This document shows, piece by piece, positions 13,140 through 26,189 of a stretch of 64,000 nucleotides of DNA (positions are counted from its first letter, which is position 1; the number at the start of each line of letters is the position of its first letter). Position numbers and translations under genes: made by a program. The notes under the pieces are model-generated. The model had not been told where the DNA came from, ran no database searches, and saw only the letters and a program-made list of their open reading frames with translations. The stretch is from Octopus vulgaris (lineage: Eukaryota), in the NCBI GenBank assembly GCA_951406725.2, contig OX597827.1, positions 83,204,001 to 83,268,000 on the forward strand. The letters run 5' to 3'.

Positions 13140-13714
13140 GTACCATTAACTTTAAGCATACCACTTTACTATAAAATAAATAATACTTTTAGAGGTTTGT
13201 TAAAGTTTGTATGTGAGGGTCTGTTGTACTGCTGCTAGTTGAACATTACACACACCAGTCTTTTACTTTCACATTCAACTCCTGTTTTCATTCTCTACCT
13301 GTATTGCACAGTTATTAACATTACTAATTTTTACTCCAAATGGTACTTAATACTCCGCGTCCGTGCGTGTGTGTGCGCTTTCTTTAGTTGTTTGCGTTTA
13401 TTGTCACGCTATAAGGATGAGGAAAGAGAAAAGAGTGACTGTGCTGAAAGAGGAGAAAGAGAGAGAAAGTATAATAAAGACAGGAGGAATAGACAGATAC
13501 ATAGGTAGGTGAAATACTGAAGACTGGAAGAGAGATAGGGAAATAGCCAATGACAAGATACCCAGCGAAACAAACAGCGAAGCGTGTTAAACATGGGGGT
13601 GGGGAAGACTGCAGTCGTGAGAGTAGAGAAATAGAAGGAAAACAGATGGAAGATTAGAGTAGAAAGAGTGAGTGGGAACAGCGTGATAATAAGATATCAA
13701 AGACTGAGCTAAGT

Positions 13715-13765
<51 letters not shown>

Positions 13766-13984
13766 TTGAATCAGACAGCACAAAAAAAATAAGGAGGAAA
13801 AGAGAGGAATAGCTATCAGTCAGCCAGACAGACAAAATAAAACACAAAATGGAACAAATCTGAAAGAATTACTGTAAGACAAATAAACAACATTATTTTT
13901 AACGGGTACTACGATTGTGTAGGTATAGGTGTGTGCGTGTGTGTGTGTACACGCGCACACACACATATATATACATACATAATG

Positions 13985-14549
13985 AAGAGAACAATATCCT
14001 ACGTGTCAATATTTAGCTCTTCAAGAAGCACTCTCTTCATGACGACCTCCCATACAACTTCAAAACAGCCCAACTTACACATACCTGGAAGAAGACCTAG
14101 ATGTGAAACATTCAGCAAAGACCCCCCATACACACATAAAAAAAAACATGCATGGATATGTTCCCCAAAACTTGAAGAGGGCTGTGAAGCCGTTGGAGCT
14201 CCAAGGTGAAACAGAAAATGTAAATTATGTCATAATTAGCAGCTGCCCCAAAAATTCATCCAGGTACTCCTCCTCGCTATGCGACGCAGCATTGACGCAA
14301 AAATATATATATACAATGCCATTCGGAAAAAAGACTGTCCTGGAATAAATACAGAGACCCCCCCCCCCCGCTGTTATTGAATATTATAGAGAAACAGCTA
14401 CACAAGAAATACTGGTGGGTCATTCCCATCAAAACATCCATCAAGTGTAAACATGATAGGCTGAATATTGTCGTTTGGGAAAGAGACGAAAAAGTATGTG
14501 CCATCACAAAAGTCAGCTGTCCTTCTAATGTGAATATTTCTTTAATTTT

Positions 14550-14618
<69 letters not shown>

Positions 14619-14846
14619 ACTAGGGACAACTCCTTCAAAACCTCCAGCTTCTGCACCCAGATTATAAATTCATATTTATACCAATGGCAACTGGAGCGCT
14701 TGGTTTTGAGAGGAAATGCCTAAGTGACGATTTGAATAAGCTAGAGTTTTCAGGAAAAGAAATCAACCCCCTTACACATTAATAAATACAATCTGCATGC
14801 GGAACAATATGAATATGCAAGACTTTCCTCAAGTTTAAAATGTGAT
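13985..14846 (+). mobile_element. R4/NeSL-group REL LINE C-terminal remnant
   Basis: VIISSCPK (CCHC knuckle region), YWWVIPIKTSIKCKHDRLNIVVWERDEK..VSCP (degenerate RPD..E), YKFIFIPMATGALG, ICKTFLKFKM*; (AG)n expansion at 14553-14614. Confidence 0.8.
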
Positions 14847-15227
14847 ATTGTTTGTATTATCAACATTCCAGCGATAGAGTTTTGTACTTTTTTTAGAAAC
14901 CAGTTCCTTCTTCAGAGGAAGAATTTAAATAATTAAAAACAGAAGAGAACATAGATACATGCATAGTTAGAAGTGGCTGCAACTAAACAAGTTGAAGACT
15001 GCTTTTCGAAAACTCGCTTTGTTGATCAAACTTTGTGTAAGTGTATGTGAAGGCTGTTCTCTGAATTCAAGAATGAAACCAACTGTGAGTATGAACTGTA
15101 AGGATCCACAGTCCACGTAGCTGACAAGGACATACACAGCCACTCTAGAATGACCAAGACTTTAAACACTAGAAGTATTTAGTGAATACTTATTCTGCCA
15201 AAGCAACAGAGATTTATATATATATAT

Positions 15228-15702
15228 ATCTAATATAGGATAAAATTTTTCGAAAAAAATTTTATCAATTGCCAGCATATTAAAAAATACCTTCAAAGGT
15301 TAAATTTATAAATTTAACCTATATTTTATCCTATATTAGATGTAAATTTAATAGTGTTCACTTCCGGACTCTCTCACTCTCTGAGAGTTTTCAGTTGGAA
15401 TCGCACGTGTCTCGAGGTGTGCTGAAGAATTTCTATTTTGGATATATTTGGGGTACTTAGGTCTGCTCATGACTTAGTGCTTGCTTCTTGCATGGGTATG
15501 AGTAATTATTTCATTTATTTCTTACGTATTTATCGCTGAAGAGGGGAAAATTCTTATGAATTAACTCTGAAATTGGGACCAATACGGTAATAACGGAATT
15601 TTTTAGAAATTTCTGTCAGCTTGCTTCGAGACACGTATTTATAGTGATAAATTATATAGTTATTGACAATTTGTCTTTTTTCGGCATATTTGGCATTAGA
15701 AT

Positions 15703-15706
<4 letters not shown>
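15228..15706 (+). mobile_element. Penelope-like pLTR-derived element between TA tracts, with a 5' inverted segment
   Basis: tctaatataggataaaat...attttatcctatattaga inverted repeat (15229-15340), internal hammerhead, TA flanks. Confidence 0.55.
15530..15590 (+). ncRNA. Type-I hammerhead ribozyme motif
   Basis: ttatcg-CTGAAGA-gggg..aattc(ttat)gaatt..ctct-GAAA-ttgg(ga)ccaa-TA-cggtaa: intact core and three stems. Confidence 0.75.
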
Positions 15707-15742
<36 letters not shown>

Positions 15743-16204
15743 CACACACATACACTCATATATACGCGTACGCACACGATGTATAAGTGTGTGCACAAAC
15801 ACACACATACTACATAGGTATGCACGTATTATATGTAACTATTTACTGTGAGTCATAAACACGAATTTGCGACAGAGCTACAGAACCTGATTCGCGCATA
15901 CTGTCTCAAATTGGTACTTGAATCACACATACACTTACATATAGATATACACACACACACGGCTGCGAGAAAGCATGTGTACTAAAACCAAACTTCCGTC
16001 TTCTTTCTGTGAAACTTGTAAGTAATGCGATTTTTAGTCTTTCGGTGAATACAAATACATATAAAGGCTATGAAACGCATTTCACACCGACCTACCGACC
16101 GAGCTACCAGCCTATCTATCCATCCAATTATCTATACACACACACACATTCAAAGCTAATTAGCAGCTCCCTCATATACAGCCCTGAACATTATTACTGA
16201 AATT

Positions 16205-16797
16205 ATTATTAATTTCTGATTTTGACTCAAGACCAGCAATTTTGGGAGAGGGGAACTTGATTATATTGATCCCAGTGTTCAGCTGGTACTTATTTTATCG
16301 ATGCCGAAAGGATGAAAGATAAAGGCGACCTCAGCGGAACTTGAACTCAGAACCTTTTTCAGTGTTGCTTTCTTTAACCAGTCCATTATTATTATTATTA
16401 TCATCATCATTAAGACGGTACGCTGGCAGAATCGTTAGCACACCGGGCAAAATGCTTAGCGGTATTTCGTCTGCCGTTACGTTCTGAGTTCAAATTCCAC
16501 CGAGGTCGACTTTGCCTTTCATCCTTTCGGGGTCGATTAAATAAGTACCAGTTACGCACTGGGGTCGATATAATTGACTTAATCCGTTTGTCTGTCCTTG
16601 TTTGTTCTCTCTGTTTAGCCCCTTGTGGGTAGTAAAGAAATAGGTATTTCGTCTGAGTTCAAATTCTGCCGAGGTCGACTTTGCCTTTCATCCTTTCGGG
16701 GTTGATAAATTAAGTACCAGTGAAACAGTGGGGGATCAATGAATCAACTAGACCTCTTCCCACAAATTTCAGGCCTTATGCCTCCAGTAGAAAGGAT
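16205..16797. mobile_element. Cluster of tRNA-derived SINEs (gcctttcatcctttcggggtcgat core family)
   Basis: Minus copy 16205-16355, plus copy 16411-16797 with duplicated core. The core resembles the Meta-type SINE central domain (from memory). Confidence 0.85.
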
Positions 16798-16814
16798 TGT
16801 TGTTGTTGTTGTTG

Positions 16815-17438
16815 TTACAGATATCACAGTATACTCTATCGTGAGGTTGTTGATTGAAGATATTGTGTCTGTCGGGGGTTTGTACAGTTTGTCAAGTCAC
16901 AACAAGGACCCCAAACAGACAGTACTTTACACAATATGTGTGCAGTTCCAAGTAATGCCGATTTTTCCAATACATCTAGATTGTAGGGTATTTCTAAGGT
17001 CTTTATATGTTTGTTTTTTTCAGATTGGGTGGTATCGAACCCAATGCTCTGATGACAATAGGGAAAACCCTTTTGTTTCACTCCCATAGCTGCCACATCT
17101 TGGTAATCTCAATTCTCACCTCTCCCTATTCATCAACTTTTCCTCTTTCATGCATGATGTTATGTTGATCTCCTGGCACTGCCACATCGATTATTGGGCC
17201 CTTTTGTTTGTCCCTCCTAAAGGTTACTATGTCCGGCTCTAACACTTTGTCTGTCTGGAAGTCAAAGTCCCAGAAGATCTTTGCCTTCCCCTTTTCACCC
17301 ATTACCTTTTCCAGTGTATGTTGGTACCAAGCACCCGTAACCTCATATCCATACTTCCGGCATTGCAGCCAGTGGAGGTTTGGGGCTACTCTGACGTGTC
17401 TACGCTTGTACTCTTTCTGCGCAAGATTTTCACAAGCA

Positions 17439-17440
<2 letters not shown>
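16815..17440 (-). mobile_element. R4/Dong-type LINE 3' end (REL endonuclease), 5'-truncated
   Basis: Minus strand ACENLAQKEYKRRH, KIFWDFDFQTDKVLEPDIV, IIDVAVPGD, PIVIRALGSIP, KSALLGTAHILCKVL; (ACA)n tail; abuts (TAA)n. Confidence 0.92.
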
Positions 17441-17469
<29 letters not shown>

Positions 17470-17997
17470 GAGTGAGAGAGCAGTGCATGCCATCAAAGTG
17501 ACACTGGGGTAAAATATACGAAGCCCAATATACCCATCATGACTACCCGTCTGATAAGGGTACACCAGGAACATGCATCACAACCATATGTGCGCAACAT
17601 GGTGATCTCATATCAAGATAAACAGCACATGTCCTTGCAGGTGGGGCCCAGTTAGAATTTTCTTCTTGTCGAGTAACCCATCCCGTTCAAAAGGTCCCTG
17701 AATAAGGATTGTTTAAGGAAGTTGAACGAAACACCCATGTTTCCAGAGGTGAATTATCCAAACCCCAAAGAATTCCTCTCAACACATGGCTATAATGCCC
17801 ATATCGTCAGCCATTAAGGGACACTCAACTGGTTAAGGTCAAACAACTGACAAGCAAATTTGTGGTGTTGAGCAGAATATCTGCTGTAGCCCATTTTTTT
17901 TATACCAAGACAAAACAATGTACATGATAACAGTTCCAATCAGTTAAGATCAGAAGCCATGAGAGCCACTGTCTGTATTATTATTATTATTATTATT

Positions 17998-18935
17998 AAG
18001 GCGGCGAGCTGGCAGGATTGTTTGTACGCCGGGCGAAATGCTTAGTGGTATTTCGCCCGTCGCTGCGTTCTGAGTTGAAGTTCTGCCGAGGTTATCTTTA
18101 CCTTTAATCCTTCCGGGGTCGATAAATTAAGTACCAGTTGTATACTGAGGTTGATGTAATCGACTAGTCCCCTCCCACCAAATTTCAGACCTTTTGCCTA
18201 TAGTAGAAAAGGGTTATTATTATTCCATCCCAAATCACTGCTGTGACAACTTTTCCGATTGACCTCTGTTTCATAAAACTCATTACAGAGAAATACAAGG
18301 AGTTAAAACTAAGATTTCTACGCCGTCCACCCCGTTGAAGGTTTCGCTTTAAACATTTTTCACTGAACGAACACCGACAAATGGGGTGTTCATTCCCGAT
18401 GCTGTTGTTATGATTACTTCGCCCAATGTTAGCAAACTGGACACAATGCATAGCGGCATTTCTTCTGGCTTTATGTTCAAATTCCGCCGAGGTTGACTTT
18501 GCCTTAAAATGAGTCCCAGTCGAGCACTGGGATCGATGTAATCAACTAAACCACTCTGCCCAAAATTTCAGGCTTCGAGCCCATAGCAGAAAGAATTATT
18601 ACTATCAAATCTAGTCTACTACATATATACATATTCACCCTATGGGCAGTAATAATATCCAGGAACAAATAAAAGGACAGCTAATTTTTTAGGGGTAATT
18701 AAATGGTTAGAATGACTCCACAAAATACTGCGCGCGCGAGCACAAAATGTTTATTAAGTAGGGACAAGTCATTACATCCACCCCAATACATGACTGGTAC
18801 TTATTTTATTAACCTCGAAAGTAAGATCGGTAAAGTCGACTTCGGAGGAATTTGAACTCAGAACGAAAAGACACATGAAATACCGCTAAGCATTTTGTCC
18901 GGCGTGCAAACAATCCTGTCAGCTTGCTGCCTAAG
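17998..18935. mobile_element. Three more SINE copies of the same family (17998-18215 +, 18450-18597 +, 18755-18935 -)
   Basis: Match to 16411-16797. Further decayed copies near 20043-20180, 23640-23850, 29420-29610 and 63620-63750. Confidence 0.8.
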
Positions 18936-18960
18936 CCCCTAAGCCTTAAATAGTATATAA

Positions 18961-19029
<69 letters not shown>

Positions 19030-20286
19030 GGGATGCATCGTTTACTGCAAAAGAATATTTATACGAGATGGAGAACGGGTTATATTATAAATCACTAAGG
19101 AGCTTTGGAAAAGCAGGCCATAAGCTTATTACCCAGATAAAATTATATTATATTTGAGTGTCTATATATGTGCATGAATATATATGTGTGTATACATATA
19201 TAGAGAGGGGAGGAGGAAGAGAGAGGCAGAGACATGTAAGCGCATACACACACAAATGGATTCCGTGCAGAATGTGCAACTCAACACCGTCTCCGGTGCC
19301 TCCTTTGCGCTCCAAGGCGCGATGCTGGCCAAGACAAACGACTGGCAATGACCCCACTCATGGTTGACTCCTCTTTGTGTCAAGTTTCTCCATAGATCGA
19401 TACGTAATAGATAGGGTGGCGAAATGAACTCCTGTACAACTAAACTACAAGTCTCCAATCCTGATGCAATGATGTACATCAGAGGACCCGAATTTTAAAA
19501 TAAATATCAATATGTGTGTGAGTGTCATACACACACAAACGTACGCACCCTAGCCTTCTCCCACAGGTGAGTATGACCTGGCAACGTGTATCATACTTTC
19601 ACCAATTTACTAATTATGTGTCAATGTATCACAAGCAAAAATACAGCCACCCCCACCCCCACCACCACCACTTGGCACTCCCATCCTTAACCCAGGTAGA
19701 AAAAAGAAGACTGTACCGACACTCGACTGGAATTCATCTTCAGCTAAGCAGACAGGAATAACGTGAAAACAAGTGTCTTGCTCAAGGCCACAGTGAGCCA
19801 CCGGGTCCAAGAGACGAACGCATAAACTCATGATCGAGATCCTCGCCGCTACATCATCCTACACATATGAAGCCAGACATTTAATGTGCCCTCTCACAAA
19901 TTCAAATTGCAAGCACGATCTGCTTAAATTGGAGTTTCTAAACAGCTCCTTACCTATGCACGTTGATATGTGTGCGAGCAAGTATGTATGTTCATGCACA
20001 CATGAACACATATACAAACTATTATATATCATTCGATATACACGGAATTTCCGCCGAGGTCGACTTTGCCTTCCATCCTTTCGGGACCGATAAAATAAGT
20101 ACCAGTCGAGCACTGGAGTAGACACAATCAAATTGCCCCGTTTCCTAAAAATGGTGGCCTTGCGCCAAAATTTGAAATCAATATAGAATTTAAACCCTGT
20201 GTATATTAATTGATATCATATCAATATTCATCTCTAACGGGATGGGGGTACTTTTTTATGCTGATCCTACCTATAACGGAACAGTA

Positions 20287-20328
<42 letters not shown>

Positions 20329-20425
20329 TCCCACCCTAAACAAAAAAAAGAGAAAAAACAAAAATACAACACGAGGACGAAGTACATGCAAGGTATTAAT
20401 GAGACGCTCGGGGAAGGGGACACGG

Positions 20426-20461
<36 letters not shown>

Positions 20462-20462
<1 letters not shown>

Positions 20463-20830
20463 ATCTTTTACTTCCTTTAGTCATTAGACTACGGCCAAGC
20501 AGGAGCACTGCCTTGCAGAATTTAAGTAGAACGAATCAAACCCAGTACTTATTTGTTTTACTGGAACTTATTCTATCGATCTCTTTTGCAAAAGCGCATA
20601 GTTACGGGGACACAAACACACCAACACCGGTTGCCAAGCGGTAGTGGGGGACAGACACAAAGACACACGCATACACGACAAGTTTCTTTCCGTTTCTGAC
20701 TACCAAATCCACTCATAAGACTTTGGTCAGCCCTGAGTAGAAAACACCTGTCCAGGGTGCCACGCTGTGGGATTGAACCCGTATCTATGTGCTTTTGGAA
20801 GCAAACTACTTACCACATACGCCTGCGACT
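20462..20830 (-). mobile_element. Near full-length tRNA-derived SINE with LINE-like 3' tail
   Basis: Head matches 1322-1488; tail caaggcagtgctcc..ggccgtagtc resembles the LINE 3' end at 60481-60525. Confidence 0.78.
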
Positions 20831-21312
20831 ATATACATGAAACCATCATCTTTTGTCATCTTCCTCGTTATTTTAATGTCCACACTTCTAAGAATGTGTG
20901 AGTCAGGCAAAATTCACGGAGGCAGGGTTTCTACAGCCGGATGCCCTTCTTGTCATCAGCCCTTACCTTATTCTTTCCAACTAAACTAATAATCCCTCAA
21001 GTTTTCGGACAGAGACAGCACAACTGGTGGCTATGATTTCATGGTAGATTGTATATAAACGACATCGCTTTATGGAGGTGGCATTCGTTTACAGCTGCTT
21101 CATAATCGCGAGGACATACATAGTGTGCATGTGCTGCCGTGTATGATAATAGGGATTAGTAATATATTTTGTTTTGATCCAGTCAGTCTCTTCTGTTTCA
21201 CCAGTGGAGGCAGAGGCTCCTCTTCAGCTAAGTTGTAACTCATCATGACTTACCTGATCACCCTCGGCTTCTACACGTGAAACTCAAAGTAACAAGAGAT
21301 TTGACTAAACTA

Positions 21313-21363
<51 letters not shown>

Positions 21364-21555
21364 TGTGTGTGTGTGTATATACACACACGCGCGCGCTTTT
21401 GATGTCCCGTGGTTTCATTATATATTGGAGGTAATAAGATTGTCATGTGGGAGGGGTATATATGTATGTATAAATGTGTGTGTGTGTATATACACACACA
21501 CAATATACATATATACACACACGCACACGGTATATACATATATATATATATATTT

Positions 21556-21607
<52 letters not shown>

Positions 21608-21812
21608 GCATATATACACACACACAAACGCGCACGCATATATATCCGCATTCTACCTTAGAGAAGAGATCTATTAAGCAACATCAACGGCCAACGACGA
21701 AGTCTGTTGTGTCCTAGTAATTGGGGACACTAGATTAGATAGGCCAACAAGACCTATTCAAACAATAGGCATTATTATTATTATTATTATTTCAAGTCAC
21801 TCCCCCCAAACA

Positions 21813-21862
<50 letters not shown>

Positions 21863-23246
21863 CAGCGATTGTTTTGTTTCTAATTACCATTGCTAATAAT
21901 ACGCTAGTTCCTTTATTTCTTTTTTTTTATTTCAGGGATTCGTTGTCTGATCATAAAATTAATAATAATAAAAACAATGATGACGGCGATTGTGATGATG
22001 ATGATGATGATGCCAGTGGAGATGGTGTTGATGTATTAATGACGAATATTTCTTTAATATATAAATAATAAATCAACCAAACACAAAACCGTTCTAAAGA
22101 ATGAACCAAAAGACAAACGTGTGTGTGTGCGCGTGTTTATACACACATTGCGTATATTACGTATCTATCTATCGGTTTGTGCGTGCGCGCGCGCATTACA
22201 TATATATATTTAAATAATTTAATTATATACTAAATAATATACAAGCATATAATATATATGTATACATACAATTTACACACACACACATATATATATATAC
22301 ATACATATAATACATAATATATATACAAACACAATATATACATACTCATTATATGATAGATAGACAGACAGAAGTATTGTATACATATTGTATAAATAAA
22401 TACATATATAAATGGATAGTAAATACGTTACATATATAACTTATTACATATAACGTATATGATACGGTATAAAACATCCATACATTAGAATGTCTATATA
22501 ATGCATCATAAACACACACACACACCGTCTGCATGTTGTGTGAGAGAAGTAGCCAGGTTTTGGCGAGGAGACAATTTCTCTCCTCTATTGTCGTTATTAA
22601 CTGTGAAAGAGAAGTTAATTTTGGCGAGGCCCTTATTAAAATATTTCCTCGGGAAATGTGGCTGGACCCTTATTATCCCCTCAATGCCGATCTTTTGACC
22701 CATCACCCAAAATACTTTCAACTCGCTTACGCAATATAACAACGCTTGTGAGACTGAGGGAAGCATTGCAAACAGTTGCTAAAATGTCGAGTTAGCAACG
22801 ACCAACACACACAAACTACGGAGTAGTGTGTGATTCAAGGAACAATACGCTCTCAGCATTTCAAAAGACTGGCCTTGCACACACTAAATATACACACGCA
22901 CACAGATATATATACGCCTTTATAAACATTAAACGGGGGTAACGTTACTGTTCATAATGACTTCGTTATTCAGTTGAGTCGAAAATAAATATTTTTTAAA
23001 CTTACGTTCGTACGTGTGTGTGTGTGTGCGCCGGCGAACGGCAGATATGCATGCATCGTATATGCACTTTGCTAACTATTAGACATCCTACTATTATAAA
23101 GAGCCGTGTGTGGTTTCTATCTACACACGAGCGAAAGGAGGTGTATAGAGAATAAGCTACATCGGGTCAGTAATAAATCACGTTCACTATCCAAGTAAAC
23201 ATGGATGAGACTTTATTGATACAAATACATCGATGGGATGTGGGTG

Positions 23247-23281
<35 letters not shown>

Positions 23282-23297
23282 GTGTATGTATATTTAT

Positions 23298-23344
23298 TTT
23301 TTTTAGTTTCAGCTCACAAACTGTGGCCATGCTGGGGCACCGCC

Positions 23345-23347
<3 letters not shown>
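23298..23347 (-). mobile_element. Solo 3' tail of the CR1/L2-group LINE
   Basis: Reverse complement tggcggtgccccagcatggccacagtttgtgagctgaaacta nearly identical to 60481-60522. Confidence 0.85.
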
Positions 23348-23383
<36 letters not shown>

Positions 23384-24343
23384 ATGCATAACGCATGTGT
23401 ATATTGGATAGATAGATAGATGAGAGAATGTGTCCGTGCACAACATACACCAAGTCCAGTTAAACTAATAAACTAGTGAAGTATTGCCAGATCAATTAGT
23501 GAGGTGGTGGTGATTATGATTATTAGGAAGAGATTAAATAGTAGGGATGGTGCCACACTGTTCTTTCACTACGAAATGGTGGCCCACCTAGTAAAGAGCC
23601 TAGTATGTGACTCGTAGCAGGCACGAACCCCAGTTTTCACACCGTTTCCCTTCCAATGGTGATGAAAATGATTCAAGTCCTGGATTTTAAAACAGGAGTA
23701 TTTCGACTGTAATAACGATCCCAGTACTTCATTGGTACTTCATCAATCGCAAAGTTATTTACACAAGAACGACCCCAGCGGGATTTTGAAGAGAATTTGA
23801 AGAGAACAAAACTATAGACACAAATAAATCTTGTCGGTGCTCAACCGATTCTCTGATGACGAAAATAACAACAACAACAACAGTAATGGTGATGGTTGTG
23901 ATTTATGACTGTGACCAGCGATTAATGAAACAGCAACAGTAAAAAGAGAAGAAGTGCGCTGGGCGTATATAAATAGCTGTTATCTCCAAGAGGAGTTGTG
24001 AGGTGGTGGTGGGCGAGGAGGGAAGGGTTTTGACATCAGATGGATGTTTGAATTCTATCGGTAAAAATGTAAAAAGAGAGTTTCTAGTTGTAACTGTGAA
24101 GTGCTGCAAAAACTGTCTCTTGTTTCTGACATATGTCAACAGAAGGTGGGGGGGAAGGAGGTGCAAGAGATAACCTACAACAACCTTGTTTCAAATAAGG
24201 GAAACCACCACCACCACCACCTCCCCTATTAGCCAGTGTCTGTCTTACATAAACAGATGTAAACCAGTTTCCCAATTAACAACTCTCGTTTTCTTCTATC
24301 GGAACTATTTGAAAACATTCACATTTAACAGATACAATCATAA

Positions 24344-24387
<44 letters not shown>

Positions 24388-26155
24388 TCTGGTTGTGTGT
24401 GCATCATAGCAGCAACTCGTACAAAAATCTTTATCTCTTCGTCTGTCAGTCTTTGATATTTTCTCTCTTTCGAAATCAATTTACAGATCAGACAAGCTTC
24501 AGATAACGCACACACACACAAACGATAATCGGTGTTCTGGAGGTTAATCTTGGCGAAATATCTGTTACTAAGACCTACCTGAGGCTGTTGGAAGCAGGTA
24601 AATTTATCCTGAAGATGACGGGCTGACGTTAGACATGGAGCAAGCCCCAACACAACCTGCAACTGCAAGCGCATGTTTCTGGGCATGGCGGTTGGTGGAT
24701 GTTTTGCCTAGCCACGGCCTCATGCATATATAACATTTGCTTGAGAGCGCAGCAAACACACAGACAGCTACAACTTAACACACTAAGCAAGCAGATTTCC
24801 ATGCACCGCCGCCGCCGCCGCCGCCACCATCATCATCCTCCTTATTATAAAACAGTGGTGTGTATGTGAGTGTGTGTTATTGTAGCTATGGTGGACCACA
24901 ACAGTCACAACACCGTCTAAACAGGACTACAGATTATATTATGAGAAATTTTTAACTAAGCAGGGAAATCGTTTTATCATTGTCATTATTTTTTTTTCTC
25001 CACATACTGAACGATTTGTTTGTCGGCAGACGTTGTAAACAACGCTAGTTACAGCCAATAGCACCAATAGCCTTCCATATAGGATAGAGAAAACTAGAAA
25101 CGGAACAGAATATTTACCGAAAGAGTGATGGAGATTGTAAAAGAAAGATTAAAATATGTCGAGAAAGAAAAAGAAGAGAAGAAAGGAAGAATATGTCAGT
25201 ATGAAAGGTGAACATCAATGAAAACGAATAGCAAATATCTTTGTTCTTTTTCTAGCCGCAATTTCTAACCTGCAAGAAATGGTCACCCCCTGCGACACAG
25301 ATTTTCAAATAATTCCTTCTCACTGCTTTTATGCTCGACTGATTTTCTTTAATGTAGATTTTAAGAATAGTAACGTTAGAGCTTGTTACGGTTATGTAAT
25401 CGTGTTGTATTCAAGATTAGTTTGTTGTTATATAATACAGGGGAGGTGGAGACCAGAATGGTGAAGTAGTAAAGGGGCTGGATGATAAGAAGGTGAAAAA
25501 AACAAAGACATCACCCAGCCCAACCTCCATCAATTAGCCTGCTGCAGTTAGTAGGGTAAAAATCGATAATAGTTATAGCTATCATTGCCTAATAACGATG
25601 GGAAGACAGTGCTTGTTACTAAGAGTCTAGTTGAAGCAGACGGTCCGAGGAGGGCACCACACAAATGTGAACCACTACCCGTTTCATTAATGAGTTCCAT
25701 ACAAATAACGAAGGCCTAATCACTGCTCCAACATGGTCTGCAAAATATACAGCACAGTTAAAATAACACCTCTGTTATGTCGGCATAAATTATTTCATAA
25801 ATGAAGCTTGCAACTTCTCCACTGTCGGCCCATCATACATCTTACATGTCTGCTGTCAAGGCCGTCATATTCAGGATAAATATACCTGCTTCCAACAGAC
25901 TTTCCTTTTCCTTTTCAGGGATCATCGTGCTTTAGCCCACAACGGTACAAACCCTATACAAAGCAAGAATGTACAACCTAGACTGAGTGATCACACATCT
26001 GTTACCTATACATATATTCACTTATACCACCAGCAACTTGATAAGCGAAGCTTTGAAAATAATGGCCCAAGTTGTTTCTAGAGGTTCTGCTACCATATTA
26101 CAATAGTTTCTACTTCTCTAAACAGTATCTCTCTCTCTCTCTCTCTTTCTCTCTA

Positions 26156-26189
<34 letters not shown>

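Noticed and set aside
17920-17960. Faint resemblance to U2 snRNA 5' region
   Set aside because: Short, low identity, and lacking the branch-site pairing and Sm motifs.
21180-21235. Minus-strand CTGAAGA-ggag..ctcc..GAAA motif
   Set aside because: Six extra nucleotides before GAAA, no U16.1-H17 site and no stem I.
23850-23870. CTGATGA-c-GAAA
   Set aside because: No room for stem II; chance match. Similar lone CTGATGA at ~11047 and ~17049 also lack structure.
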